A DNA stretch of 64,000 nt from Thiocapsa sp. (lineage in GTDB: Bacteria > Pseudomonadota > Gammaproteobacteria > Chromatiales > Chromatiaceae), in NCBI GenBank assembly GCA_022340925.1, contig JAJDNA010000042.1, positions 45,612 to 109,611 on the forward strand. The letters are read 5' to 3'. Shown piece by piece: positions 27,213 to 36,387 of the stretch. Under the pieces are notes generated by a model. The model was not told where the DNA came from. It saw only the letters and a program-made list of their open reading frames with translations, and did no database searches. Position 1 is the first letter of the stretch. Every line of letters begins with the position of its first letter. A program made the translations under genes and the position numbers.

Positions 27213-28595
27213 TCAGACCCAACCCAGATGAGGGTTCGCGAAGTGCCGGATCGGCTCGAAACGCAGCGCGGGATCGTCATCGCATTGGGTCTGGTTGAAT
27301 GCGGCGAAGCGGCGCTGGAATGCCGTCCGACGGTGCCATTCGCGAGGGGTCAGTCTCCCCGCGTTCCGCAAGACCCGCACGCTCGGGATTCCACCGAGGC
27401 TGAGCAGTCCCGCGCCACCGATGCCGGAGAAAAGCTTCGGCTGAAGAGTCAGGTGGACCCTGGACGCCTGACCGAGCGGGGCCCCACGGCGATTGCGAAT
27501 CGGGGCATACAGGTTCATCGCGTAGGCGGGCAGGTTGAGCGTCATGAGATGCCTCCGTCGCGCCGGTCCAGCGCCACGCAAGCGGCGCGCGACCTTTTCA
27601 GGCAGATCCTCGAGGGCGCGGGCGAGGTGCCGGAGGCCGGCTTGGACCTCAGCCGAGAGGGGCAGTGATGCGATGCCGGCAGCGATCTCCATGGGTGGCA
27701 ACAGTCCATGTCGCCGCCAGGGCGGCGGGGGGGTTCGCTGCCCCGTGAAAACCTCCAGCAGGTCTGCGGACATCCTGTCCAGGTGCCGATGCAGGCGCCG
27801 GATCAGGTCCTCGAAGTCAGGGTTTGCGAGCACCTCCCACCCGGGCAGCTCGATCAGACAGCCGATCGGACGCTGACCCCTGATCGTCAGCGCGTCGTCG
27901 GGTCTCACCAGGCGCGCGCCACGGATGCCCAGATCGAGTCCGGCAATCGCCTCGTAGATCAGGTGCGCACCGAGGAAGGTGAGTGGGTCGATGGCCTGGC
28001 GACGCACCCGGGGATCGGTGACGGGCGCGAGTCGTTCGGCGCCGCGCAGGGCCTCCAGCACCGCATCCTCCCAGTAGAGTAGATGCAGATGAAACTGCTT
28101 CGCGGCCTGGACGCTCTCCCTGTCGCCCGTATTGGGATCACAGTTGAGCGCGAGATGCAGCTGGCCATCGACCAGGCCAAAGCCATTCATAACCTCGGGC
28201 TCGGACACGAACCGGACGAAATTCAGGCCCGTCCTCCACAGGCAACGCCCGGTGAGCGGCTCGACCGCGTCCGGGGTCGCCTTGGTTGGCGTGGAGACCT
28301 CGGTCACCATGAGGTCGTGGAGGCTATGGGGAGAGACCTTGTCGATCAGGGCCAACCGGTCGCCGTTGCAGGTAATTTCCTGAATCGTTCGGCGGGCGAA
28401 ACGCCGCCGCGGGTCCGGATGGTCGACCTCGGGCCGGGTCAGGGCGTAATCGGCCGGCGGTCCCGCCATGCGCAGGTGCGCCCAGGCCACTCTCAGCCGA
28501 TCCAAGTCCGGTGGATACAGAGGTGCGAACCGGTCGGGCCGCCCCTGTCCGATTGCGGGCGAGGGCCTCGGATCCTTCGTCGACAAGAGGCTCAC
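27213..28595 (-). CDS. Hypothetical protein with HIT-like motif (N..G..SV....FHLHLL)
   Basis: 460 aa with good coding appearance. The GTG start overlaps the upstream stop (GTGA at 28592-28595). NCDPNTGDRESVQAAKQFHLHLLYW resembles the HIT-superfamily histidine-triad region, with H169 at 28089-91 and H171 at 28083-85. I do not recognise any other motif. Confidence 0.6.
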   Translation of the reverse strand: MSLLSTKDPRPSPAIGQGRPDRFAPLYPPDLDRLRVAWAHLRMAGPPADYALTRPEVDHPDPRRRFARRTIQEITCNGDRLALIDKVSPHSLHDLMVTEVSTPTKATPDAVEPLTGRCLWRTGLNFVRFVSEPEVMNGFGLVDGQLHLALNCDPNTGDRESVQAAKQFHLHLLYWEDAVLEALRGAERLAPVTDPRVRRQAIDPLTFLGAHLIYEAIAGLDLGIRGARLVRPDDALTIRGQRPIGCLIELPGWEVLANPDFEDLIRRLHRHLDRMSADLLEVFTGQRTPPPPWRRHGLLPPMEIAAGIASLPLSAEVQAGLRHLARALEDLPEKVARRLRGAGPARRRHLMTLNLPAYAMNLYAPIRNRRGAPLGQASRVHLTLQPKLFSGIGGAGLLSLGGIPSVRVLRNAGRLTPREWHRRTAFQRRFAAFNQTQCDDDPALRFEPIRHFANPHLGWV

Positions 28596-29236
28596 AGCGT
28601 CCCGGGCCGTTGCCGAAGTGTCCGCAGGTCCCGCACGACGTCCGCCGCCAAGCGTGCGGCCAACCGGTTGAATGCCTCGGCCATCGCCGCTGGTGTCGCC
28701 CCCTCGACCAAGACCTCGCCGCTGTACTGGCGGTTCCAGATCGATCTGCGGTCAGCGGCCCGCAGAAGCGCCAAATTGAGCGTCCCGACGACCCGCGGCG
28801 GTTGTGCGGTCGGCAGGTGCTCGAACCGCTCCATTTCGCCGCCGAGCAGATAGTCTGCGCGTGCCCGGTTGGCCGGTGTCAGGACGCGTTCAAAGGCCGC
28901 CGCGGCGCGGATCGCATCGACCAATGCCCGAGCCATGGCACGCGGAACCGGCTCCTCCCAGAGGAGGTCTTGATACCGCTGAGCCAGCAAGGGCTCCTCC
29001 GCGGTCCGGAAGACGATCTGCCGACCGCCGAGGAAACCCCGCGCGGACAGCTCGTTCACCAGGAGCGTTGCCTGCACCGCGGGACCCGCGGGTGCCTCCA
29101 AAGGGAGCGGGGCGAGCGAGTAGAACCGGTCCGATCTGAAGGGTTCCCGCGAGCCGCAGCCGCTCACGACGAGGAGCAGGGTCAGAATCGGCGTCAGGAT
29201 GATGCCCAGGCGTCCGTGCGGGCTGTGCTGAGTCAT
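28592..29236 (-). CDS. PqiC/YmbA-like ABC-transport auxiliary lipoprotein (DUF330)
   Basis: Lipobox LLVVSGC after a signal peptide. About 210 aa. SARGFLGGRQIVFR...ADYLLGGEMERFE is typical of the DUF330 lipoprotein that follows MCE genes. Confidence 0.75.
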   Translation of the reverse strand: MTQHSPHGRLGIILTPILTLLLVVSGCGSREPFRSDRFYSLAPLPLEAPAGPAVQATLLVNELSARGFLGGRQIVFRTAEEPLLAQRYQDLLWEEPVPRAMARALVDAIRAAAAFERVLTPANRARADYLLGGEMERFEHLPTAQPPRVVGTLNLALLRAADRRSIWNRQYSGEVLVEGATPAAMAEAFNRLAARLAADVVRDLRTLRQRPGTL

Positions 29237-29369
29237 GGGTTAGTCCTCATCAGGGAGATCGGATTCCCCCAGTCGACCCTGGCAATGGCGGTGTTGCCTC
29301 GGCGAGCGGCCCCTCTGCCGGGGTCTCGGTGCGAGTCAACGCGCGGACCGGCGGCGACGGCGAGAGCCG

Positions 29370-30497
29370 TTACCGGAACCAAGGCGCCTGTTCCTCCTGC
29401 CGACGTTGTTTGATGATCAAGGTCGGATCGCTGCGCAGGTCACGCGAGAGGGCCGACAGGTTGCGGGTTGCGTCCTCGATGTTCGTCAAGATCGGTGTGA
29501 GTGACGCGGACAGAGACTGCAAAAGAAACTGCGTATCGTCGAGGGAGCGCTGAAGAGCCGGGCGGTTTTCGTTGATCAGCCCGCGGACATCCCTCGCCAG
29601 CTCGCTGTAGTCGGCGACTGCGCGCTGGACGTTTTCGGTGCTCCCCGTCATGTCGCTGGTGATCTTGGCCAGGCCCTGCGACGTCTCTCTGACTGATTCG
29701 AGGATGGCGCCGATCGCCTCAGGGTCGACCGCCGTGGCCAGATTCTGCGACAAGGTCTGGAGATGCTCGAAGGCGCCCGCGAGCCGATCGCGGTTCTCGC
29801 CTTGGTCGTCTGCGGTCCCGATCAGCAGCTCGATCGTCTTGACCTGGTCGCGGATGCTTGCAAGGGTCGGTGCAATGCTGTCTTCGACCACGATGCGGAG
29901 CGTATCCGTGAGGTCGGCGAGGCGCTCGGTCAGGTCCGCCTGCGGTTCTCTGGCATCGATCACGGCCCCGTTGGCGAGTAGCTCGGCAGAGCTGCCTGCC
30001 TCGATCCTGATGGCGTTTCCTTTCAAAAGGCCCAGCGGGGCCAGCTGTGCAGTGCTGTCGAGGGGGACTGGCCAGTGCTTGCGGATGCGCAGCGTCGCGC
30101 GGAAGCAGGGCTGGCTCGGCGAGCGCGGCGCACCCCCGGCCAATGGCGGCGGACAATGGCGGAGATAGGCATCGGTCCCGGGAAAGACCGGCGCCACCTT
30201 CTCGACCAGACCGATGACATAGCCTTCCTGGACGACCTGGATCCCCGTGTCCAGCCCAGCGGCATCGAGGAAATAGGCCTGCAGGCGATTGGGCCTTCCG
30301 ACCAGCCCGGGCAGGACCGCCGTGAGTGCGGTCAAGGCAACGGCTGCCATCGCGATGACGAAGATGCCCGAGTAGAGGAGATCGCGGCGCTCGGCCCTTG
30401 CCCGACGTTTGCCCGGGGCCCCAATCTCGGGGGGCGCATAGAGCCGATCGAGCCGGCGATCGGCTGGACTCGGGTTGTCGGTCATGGATGTCCCCAA
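29370..30497 (-). CDS. MlaD/MCE-family substrate-binding protein
   Basis: An N-terminal TM anchor (LLYSGIFVIAMAAVALTALTAV) is followed by an MCE domain (YFLDAAGLDTGIQVVQEGYVIGLVEKV) and a long helical C-terminus. It overlaps the ATPase gene by 16 nt. Confidence 0.8.
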   Translation of the reverse strand: MGTSMTDNPSPADRRLDRLYAPPEIGAPGKRRARAERRDLLYSGIFVIAMAAVALTALTAVLPGLVGRPNRLQAYFLDAAGLDTGIQVVQEGYVIGLVEKVAPVFPGTDAYLRHCPPPLAGGAPRSPSQPCFRATLRIRKHWPVPLDSTAQLAPLGLLKGNAIRIEAGSSAELLANGAVIDAREPQADLTERLADLTDTLRIVVEDSIAPTLASIRDQVKTIELLIGTADDQGENRDRLAGAFEHLQTLSQNLATAVDPEAIGAILESVRETSQGLAKITSDMTGSTENVQRAVADYSELARDVRGLINENRPALQRSLDDTQFLLQSLSASLTPILTNIEDATRNLSALSRDLRSDPTLIIKQRRQEEQAPWFR

Positions 30498-31219
30498 AGC
30501 GCTGCGCGCAGATCCAGGCGGGTCGCGCTCGCTGCCTCAAGCTCCGCGGGCGTGCCCTCGAACAACAGCCGCCCGCGCTCCAGGACCGCAGTCCGATCGC
30601 TCGTGCCGGTCAGCGCATCCAGCCGGTTGTCAGTGGCGACGAGCGTGAGATTCTGGTTTTCCCTCAGAACGTGCAAGACCTCCAGGGTCTCGCGCGCCAC
30701 GCTCGGATCGAGCCCGTCGGAAAGTCCATCCCACACCAGCAGCTTAGGGCGGTGAATCAGTGCGCGCGCGAGCTCCACGCGCCGCTGCTGGCCTAACGAG
30801 AGTGCGCGCGGCAAGTGGTTCTCGAGTCCGTCGAGGCCAAGCAGTGTCATCGCCAATCGCGCCGCACGGGCCATCTCGCTGCGGCTCATCGGTGTGTCGC
30901 GCAAGGGCAGCAGCAGGTTGTCGAGGACAGTGTGACCTGATAGCAGCGACCCGCGCTGGAGCACCGCCCCGATCTCACGACGGAGCCGCGCCATTGCGAC
31001 CCCGCCGATCCGGTCAAGGTCCTGTCCCAGGACCCGGATCGTGCCTGCCGAGGGCCGATCGAGTCCCAGGATCAAACGGGTCAGCAAGCTCTTGCCGGCC
31101 CCGTTTGGTCCGCAGATCAACAGCCAGGCCCCTTCGGGCAAAGAAAGTCGGATGTCATCCAGCGCCATGCGGCCGGCGACATGTTGGTAGACACCCGCGA
31201 GCGTCAGGGCCGCCGGCAT
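30482..31219 (-). CDS. ABC transporter ATP-binding protein (MlaF-like)
   Basis: Walker A GPNGAGKS, signature LSLGQQRRVELARAL and Walker B LLVWDGL are present. Confidence 0.85.
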   Translation of the reverse strand: MPAALTLAGVYQHVAGRMALDDIRLSLPEGAWLLICGPNGAGKSLLTRLILGLDRPSAGTIRVLGQDLDRIGGVAMARLRREIGAVLQRGSLLSGHTVLDNLLLPLRDTPMSRSEMARAARLAMTLLGLDGLENHLPRALSLGQQRRVELARALIHRPKLLVWDGLSDGLDPSVARETLEVLHVLRENQNLTLVATDNRLDALTGTSDRTAVLERGRLLFEGTPAELEAASATRLDLRAALWGHP

Positions 31220-31325
31220 CGCGGCTCCCGAAAAGTCTCTGGCAGCGCCAAGACGGCAGGACCGACCGTGCGCCCGCCGGGCATACGGCTCGGGGATGGT
31301 GGGTCGCGGGTGGTTTGGGTCAAGA

Positions 31326-32135
31326 TCAGACTCGTAACAGCAGGATGTAGAGGAGATCGGTGACCAGGATCGCCGCCACCGCCCCGATCATGGTGCGGGT
31401 CGCGGCCCGGGCAATGCCCTCCGGATTGCGGCCGGCTGCAGTTCCGTTAACGGTTGCGATTAGCGCGATCAGCAGCGCGAAGAGCAGGGGCTTGACCAAT
31501 GCCTCGATCAGGGTGGGGACATCAAGCGCCCGCCTCAGCGCCTCCAGAAACAAGGCTGGCGAGACCCCGGTCATGCCCCAGAGCCAGAATCCGGCTGCAG
31601 CAAAGGTGACCAGCGTTCCCCAGATCACGAAGGCAAAGCTCATCAGCAGCATCGCCAGGAGGACCGGGCCGACCGTGAACTGGATCGGGTGGATGCCGTT
31701 CACCAACAAGCCGTCCATCTCACCTGTGACCGTGAGGGTCGCCTGCCGGACGGCCAGGGCGACTCCCGCTCGCCCCGCCACCAGGATCCCGACCAGGATC
31801 GGCACCAGCTCCAAGACAGTGGCATAGGTGACCGTCAATAGGATCAGGCCGGGCAAGTCGAGTTGATTCAGGATTGCCTCGATCTGGTGACCGATGATCA
31901 GGCCGACAGAGGCCGTCACCAGCGTAATCGCGGGCAGGATGGAGAGACCGGCCTGGCGCAGGGATGCCGCGAAAGCCGGGACGTCCAACCTGGCCTTCCC
32001 AAGCAGGATCCGCAGGTACAGGGCGAGGCAGCTCGCCAGGGTCATCGCGGCGAACCCGATCTCTTCGATCCAGCCGGTGGCTCCTGCGAAGGCACCGGTG
32101 TCTCTCGAGTCGACACCCATATCAACCGAGGTCAT
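31326..32135 (-). CDS. MlaE-family ABC permease
   Basis: 269 aa, polytopic. GPVLLAMLLMSFAFVIWG...TMIGAVAAILVTDLLY is typical of MlaE/Ttg2B permeases. It is the first gene of the MCE operon. Confidence 0.85.
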   Translation of the reverse strand: MTSVDMGVDSRDTGAFAGATGWIEEIGFAAMTLASCLALYLRILLGKARLDVPAFAASLRQAGLSILPAITLVTASVGLIIGHQIEAILNQLDLPGLILLTVTYATVLELVPILVGILVAGRAGVALAVRQATLTVTGEMDGLLVNGIHPIQFTVGPVLLAMLLMSFAFVIWGTLVTFAAAGFWLWGMTGVSPALFLEALRRALDVPTLIEALVKPLLFALLIALIATVNGTAAGRNPEGIARAATRTMIGAVAAILVTDLLYILLLRV

Positions 32136-32316
32136 GCCCTGGATTGGCGTCTATGCATCTTAGCGTGAAAGCCGTCCGTTCGAAGCCTCCGTGCCGTCTC
32201 GGTTGCGATGCTGAAAGGGGAATGGTCTTCCTGCCCTTCAGTCTCAACGGCCGGCTGTCGAGACTCGTTGACTGTGCCTCCCAGGCGCTGCGCGTGCGGA
32301 TCCCATGCGCTGTGCG

Positions 32317-32982
32317 CTAGTCCAGATCCGGTGTCTCTCCGGACGCAACATAGACCGCCCGCTCGGCGACATTGGTCGCGCGATCGGCGACCCGCTCATA
32401 GTTGTGGACGATCCACAGTAAATAGGTCCCGGTCGTCGCGAAACCGGAATCGGCGCCCATCATCGAGAGGAGTCGCTCGATCACAGCCTCCTCGTTGCGG
32501 TCGATCATGTCTTCGCGTGCGATGCTCGCACGCGCGCGTTGCTCGTCGCCCCCGCTGGTAAAGGCGTCGAGGGTCTCCCCGAGCATGGCGATGGCATCCT
32601 CCGCCACCTCGGTGATGGCCTCGACCGCGCCGGCCGGGAGTGGCGTCTCGCCCGCCTTCTGCAGGATGCGGGCGACGTCCGCCGCGTAGTCACCGATGCG
32701 CTCCAGCTCCGAGGCGAGCTCCATGCAGGCCCCGATGGCGCGTAGATCCGCTCCAGCGGGTTTGAAGGCCGCGAGTGTCACCAGGCATTCCTGCTCGAGG
32801 ACGCGCCGTTGCTGGTTGATGCGCGCATCCGCCTCGATGATGCATCCGGCCAGCTCCAAGTCGTGTTCGGTCAGGCACATCACCGACTGGCGCAAGGCAT
32901 CCATCACCAGTCTCCCCAACTCGCCAAGGGCCGCCTGATGCTCCGCCCGCCGGCGTTGTGCCAGGTTGATGTGCTCGCTCAT
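32317..32982 (-). CDS. phoU: Phosphate signalling complex protein PhoU
   Basis: The ATG at 32982 follows AAGGA. Two PhoU repeats carry ELERIGDYAADVA and NYERVADRATNVAE. 221 aa. Confidence 0.85.
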   Translation of the reverse strand: MSEHINLAQRRRAEHQAALGELGRLVMDALRQSVMCLTEHDLELAGCIIEADARINQQRRVLEQECLVTLAAFKPAGADLRAIGACMELASELERIGDYAADVARILQKAGETPLPAGAVEAITEVAEDAIAMLGETLDAFTSGGDEQRARASIAREDMIDRNEEAVIERLLSMMGADSGFATTGTYLLWIVHNYERVADRATNVAERAVYVASGETPDLD

Positions 32983-33307
32983 TCCTTTGTCCTCTCTGGC
33001 CTGTGCCTGCTGCTCCGAATGCCCACCGGACGGCTTGGCCGCTGAAGCTAGCACAGGGATGCCGATCTGCCTAGGAGCCTGGCGGACTGAAGACCGATCT
33101 GCTGCGACGGCGCGACCCTGCCCGGCCGCGGACGGAGGCGGAGTCCTTTTCCTGCGAAGACGGCCTGCTGCCCGTCCGAAGCGGTGCATGTCGGGTGAGA
33201 GGCAATCTGCCCTACCACTGGTGCACCCGCGCTTGGACCTGCGTCCGCGGGGGCGCAAACCCGTTCCGTTCGGATGGGCGCCGGGGCTGCTGAGAAAGGG
33301 GCGCAGA

Positions 33308-33589
33308 TCAGTCGTTCTGACCGGCCTCTGGATCGTCGCGGCGGGGGGTGGTCTCCGGATCGGCCGTGATGGGGCGGTAGATCTCAATTCGGTCACCGTC
33401 GTTGAGGCGGGTGTCGAGCTGCACGAGCCGCCCGAAGATGCCGATCCTGTTCACGGACAGGTCGATCTCGGCGAACTGGTCGAGCAGACCGGATCGCTCG
33501 ATCGCCTCACGAGCCGTACTCCCCTCCGGGACATCGAGCTTGAGCCAGGTCTGCTTGAACTTGTCTGCGTAGGCGACGCCAACATGCAT
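33308..33589 (-). CDS. rnfH: RnfH family protein
   Basis: MHVGVAYADKFKQTWLKLDVPEGSTAREAIERSGLL...GDRIEIYRPITADP is the ubiquitin-like RnfH fold signature. It is the last gene of the rnf cluster. Confidence 0.8.
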   Translation of the reverse strand: MHVGVAYADKFKQTWLKLDVPEGSTAREAIERSGLLDQFAEIDLSVNRIGIFGRLVQLDTRLNDGDRIEIYRPITADPETTPRRDDPEAGQND

Positions 33590-33709
33590 TGCTCGAATCC
33601 TCAATCAAGGGTTGGTAGATCGGCTCAGGCTTCGCCAATCCAACCGCGGGCTCGTCCATGACGGGCTCCTGGCCTCCCCGGCGCCTTTGCGCCTCGGAGC
33701 CGGACAGAG

Positions 33710-34414
33710 CTACGCGGTTGCGGCTTGCACCCCGGTTTCACGTCGCTTTGACGCGGCGATCCGGGCATCGATCAGGCGCTTGCCCGCGAGCATGAAGCCG
33801 AGCGCAAGGAAGCCGCCCGGCGGCAGGATGGCGAGCAGGAAGCCACGGTAGTCCGGGATCAGGGTCACCTCCATGAACGACATCCGCTCGCCCAGCAGGG
33901 TCGCCGCGTTGGCGAAGAGTGTGCCGCTGCCGATGATCTCGCGGATGGCGCCGAGCACCACCAGCACGCAGGTGAACCCCAAGCCCATCGCCAGCCCGTC
34001 GAAAGCGGCAGGCATCACCCGGTTGCGCGACGCGAATGATTCGGCCCGCCCGAGAATGGCGCAGTTGGTCACGATCAGCGGGATGAACAGCCCCAGGACC
34101 TTATGCAGATCGTGGAGCCAGGCGTTGAGCCCGAGGTCCACCAGGGTCACCAATACGGCGATGATCAAGACGAACACAGGGATCCGGACCTCCGGCGTGA
34201 TCAGACCGCGCAGCATGGAGATCAGCAGGCCCGAAGCCACCAGGACCGCCGTGGTGGCGAGTCCCATCCCGAGGCCGTTGGTGGCCGTCCCCGTGACCGC
34301 GAGCAGCGGGCACAAGGCGAGCACTTGGGCGAGCACGACGTTGTTGCTCCAGAGGCCGTCCCTGGCAATCCGGGCCCATTGGGTTCGATTCTTTGTCTCT
34401 GCCGCGATGCTCAT
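33710..34414 (-). CDS. rnfE: Electron transport complex subunit RnfE
   Basis: [37 protein letters not shown] and IPLIVTNCAILGRAE align with E. coli RsxE. The ATG at 34414 matches the homolog N-terminus. Confidence 0.9.
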   Translation of the reverse strand: MSIAAETKNRTQWARIARDGLWSNNVVLAQVLALCPLLAVTGTATNGLGMGLATTAVLVASGLLISMLRGLITPEVRIPVFVLIIAVLVTLVDLGLNAWLHDLHKVLGLFIPLIVTNCAILGRAESFASRNRVMPAAFDGLAMGLGFTCVLVVLGAIREIIGSGTLFANAATLLGERMSFMEVTLIPDYRGFLLAILPPGGFLALGFMLAGKRLIDARIAASKRRETGVQAATA

Positions 34415-34617
34415 GTGGTCCCCGGTGCGATGGACTTGTTCCAGAAAACGCGGTTGAGCCGCGAAGAAGATCAAGGACGTCAATGAAATCATGCACTGCG
34501 ATTGTCGGCTGATTCACCTGATCCAGTGATCACGGTGCTAGATTCAACCCATGGAAAACCGTTGCGCTCGTTGCGGCTTTGAGTTGTCGAGTCACGGCCT
34601 CGGGTTGAAGCTCAGAC

Positions 34618-35298
34618 TCAGGGCCTGCGCTCGCCCGTTCGAGGTCGCGCCGCGTCTGGTGCGTCGACCTGGACGACCGCAGGCGCGGTGAGGGTGTCGC
34701 GGTGGCTGGCGAAGAGCTCCAGCCCGCCGCGCAGGGCGGCGAGGATTCCGCGCGGTGTGATGGTGGCCCCTGTGAACTGGTCGAAATCCCCGCCATCCTT
34801 CTTGACCGCCCAGCGTTGCGCCGGTGGATTGCCGAGGCTCAAGCCGTCGAACGCGAGGATCCAGTCGCTCTTGGCGACCTCCATCCTGTCGCCGAGACCC
34901 GGCGTCTCAGCGTGTGAGAGGACGCGCACGCCCAGGACCTTGCCGGTGGCGTCGAGGCCGAGCAGGAGCTCGATCTCTCCGCCGTAACCGACGCCGCGAA
35001 CCCGAAAGGCGACCCCGGTGACCTGCAGCCCCCTGAGTGCGCGGTAGACAGTCAGAGGTGCGCCGTCCAGGCCCTGGATGGGCATGGAATCGGCGAGCAG
35101 GTCGTTGTCATGGATCGACGGCGGGATCACCTCGGCCAGAGATGCCTTGAGATCCTCTGCCTTGCGCAGCGCGATGGTGTCGCGGGTGGCCAGATCGCCC
35201 AGCACCAGGAGGGCGGCGGCGATCAGTGTGAAGCCACCGAGCAGACCGGCCTGATAGCCGACGCGCTTGCGATAGCTGGGTTCGGCGACGGTCGTCAT
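34618..35298 (-). CDS. rnfG: Electron transport complex subunit RnfG (FMN-binding)
   Basis: TM anchor plus GYGGEIELLLGLDATGKVLGVRVLSHAETPGLG and FDQFTGATITPRG (FMN-attachment Thr motif). It overlaps the rnfD stop by 4 nt. Confidence 0.85.
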   Translation of the reverse strand: MTTVAEPSYRKRVGYQAGLLGGFTLIAAALLVLGDLATRDTIALRKAEDLKASLAEVIPPSIHDNDLLADSMPIQGLDGAPLTVYRALRGLQVTGVAFRVRGVGYGGEIELLLGLDATGKVLGVRVLSHAETPGLGDRMEVAKSDWILAFDGLSLGNPPAQRWAVKKDGGDFDQFTGATITPRGILAALRGGLELFASHRDTLTAPAVVQVDAPDAARPRTGERRP

Positions 35299-36386
35299 TT
35301 GCGCATCTCGGCGTTATCAGCGTATTCGATCGGCGTGCCCCGGCGATCACGCCCGTAGACCCGTGGGCGGAGATAGTGGTCGATCGTCGGGGTGCAGGCG
35401 TTCATGAGCAGGATGGCGAAGCCCACGCCTTCCGGATAACCGGCCCACGTGCGGATGACATAGACCAGGATGCCGCAGCCGGCCCCGAAGAGGATCTGAC
35501 CCGACTTGGACACCGGAGAGGTCACCGGATCCGTCGCGATGAAGAAGGCCACCAGCAGCGTTGCCCCCGAGACGAGATGATACGGGGCACCGGCGTAGCG
35601 GTCGGCATCGTAGAGGTTCATCAGGGTCGCGATGAGGGCGAGGCTACCGACCAAGGCCACCGGAATATGCCAGCTGATGACGCGCTTCAGCAGGAGAAAG
35701 CCTCCGCCGAGCAGGATCAGCAGGGCCGAGGTCTCCCCCATACTGCCGGCGATCGTGCCGATCGCACCCGAGAAGAGGTGGGCCATCCCTGGCAGGATGT
35801 CGGACAGGGTCCCCCCCTGGCTCAGCTCGGTCCTGACATGGCTCAGGAGCGTGGCGCCCGTGACTGCGTCGAAGCCGCCCTGACCGAGACTGATCGAGAT
35901 GCCCTGCCAAAAACCGGGGGCCTCGGGCGAGAAGATCGGCAGCGGCCGGACATAGCTCGTCATCTCCAACGGAAAGGAGATCAGGAGCGCGACCCGCGCC
36001 ACCATGGCTGGATTGAAGATGTTCTGTCCCAGTCCTCCGAACACCTGCTTGGCCACGACGATGGCGATCAGGGCGCCGATGGCACCGATCCACCAGGGTG
36101 CCCAGGGCGGCAGGCTCAGGGCCAACAGCCAGCCGGCCACCACGGCCGAGCCGTCGAGCAGGTAGCGTCTTTGGGGCTTCCCGGCGATCCGCAGACAGAC
36201 CCACTCCGCAGCGACGGCCGTGCCCAGGGTGGTGAGGAAGAGAAAGATCGCCGGCCAGCCGAACTGCCAGAAGCCGAAGACCGTCGCTGGCAGCAGGGCC
36301 AGCATCACCAGAACCATGGTGCGCTGGATGCTGGTCGGCGCGTGGGCGAAGGGGCCGGCGCTCGTGGCCGGGGTCTCGATCTGCAT
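35295..36386 (-). CDS. rnfD: Electron transport complex subunit RnfD
   Basis: The ATG at 36386 lies 1 nt after the rnfC stop. 363 aa, polytopic. The FDAVTGATLLS (FMN-binding) motif is present. The track ORF extension to 36635 overlaps rnfC and is rejected. Confidence 0.9.
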   Translation of the reverse strand: MQIETPATSAGPFAHAPTSIQRTMVLVMLALLPATVFGFWQFGWPAIFLFLTTLGTAVAAEWVCLRIAGKPQRRYLLDGSAVVAGWLLALSLPPWAPWWIGAIGALIAIVVAKQVFGGLGQNIFNPAMVARVALLISFPLEMTSYVRPLPIFSPEAPGFWQGISISLGQGGFDAVTGATLLSHVRTELSQGGTLSDILPGMAHLFSGAIGTIAGSMGETSALLILLGGGFLLLKRVISWHIPVALVGSLALIATLMNLYDADRYAGAPYHLVSGATLLVAFFIATDPVTSPVSKSGQILFGAGCGILVYVIRTWAGYPEGVGFAILLMNACTPTIDHYLRPRVYGRDRRGTPIEYADNAEMRK

Positions 36387-36387
36387 C

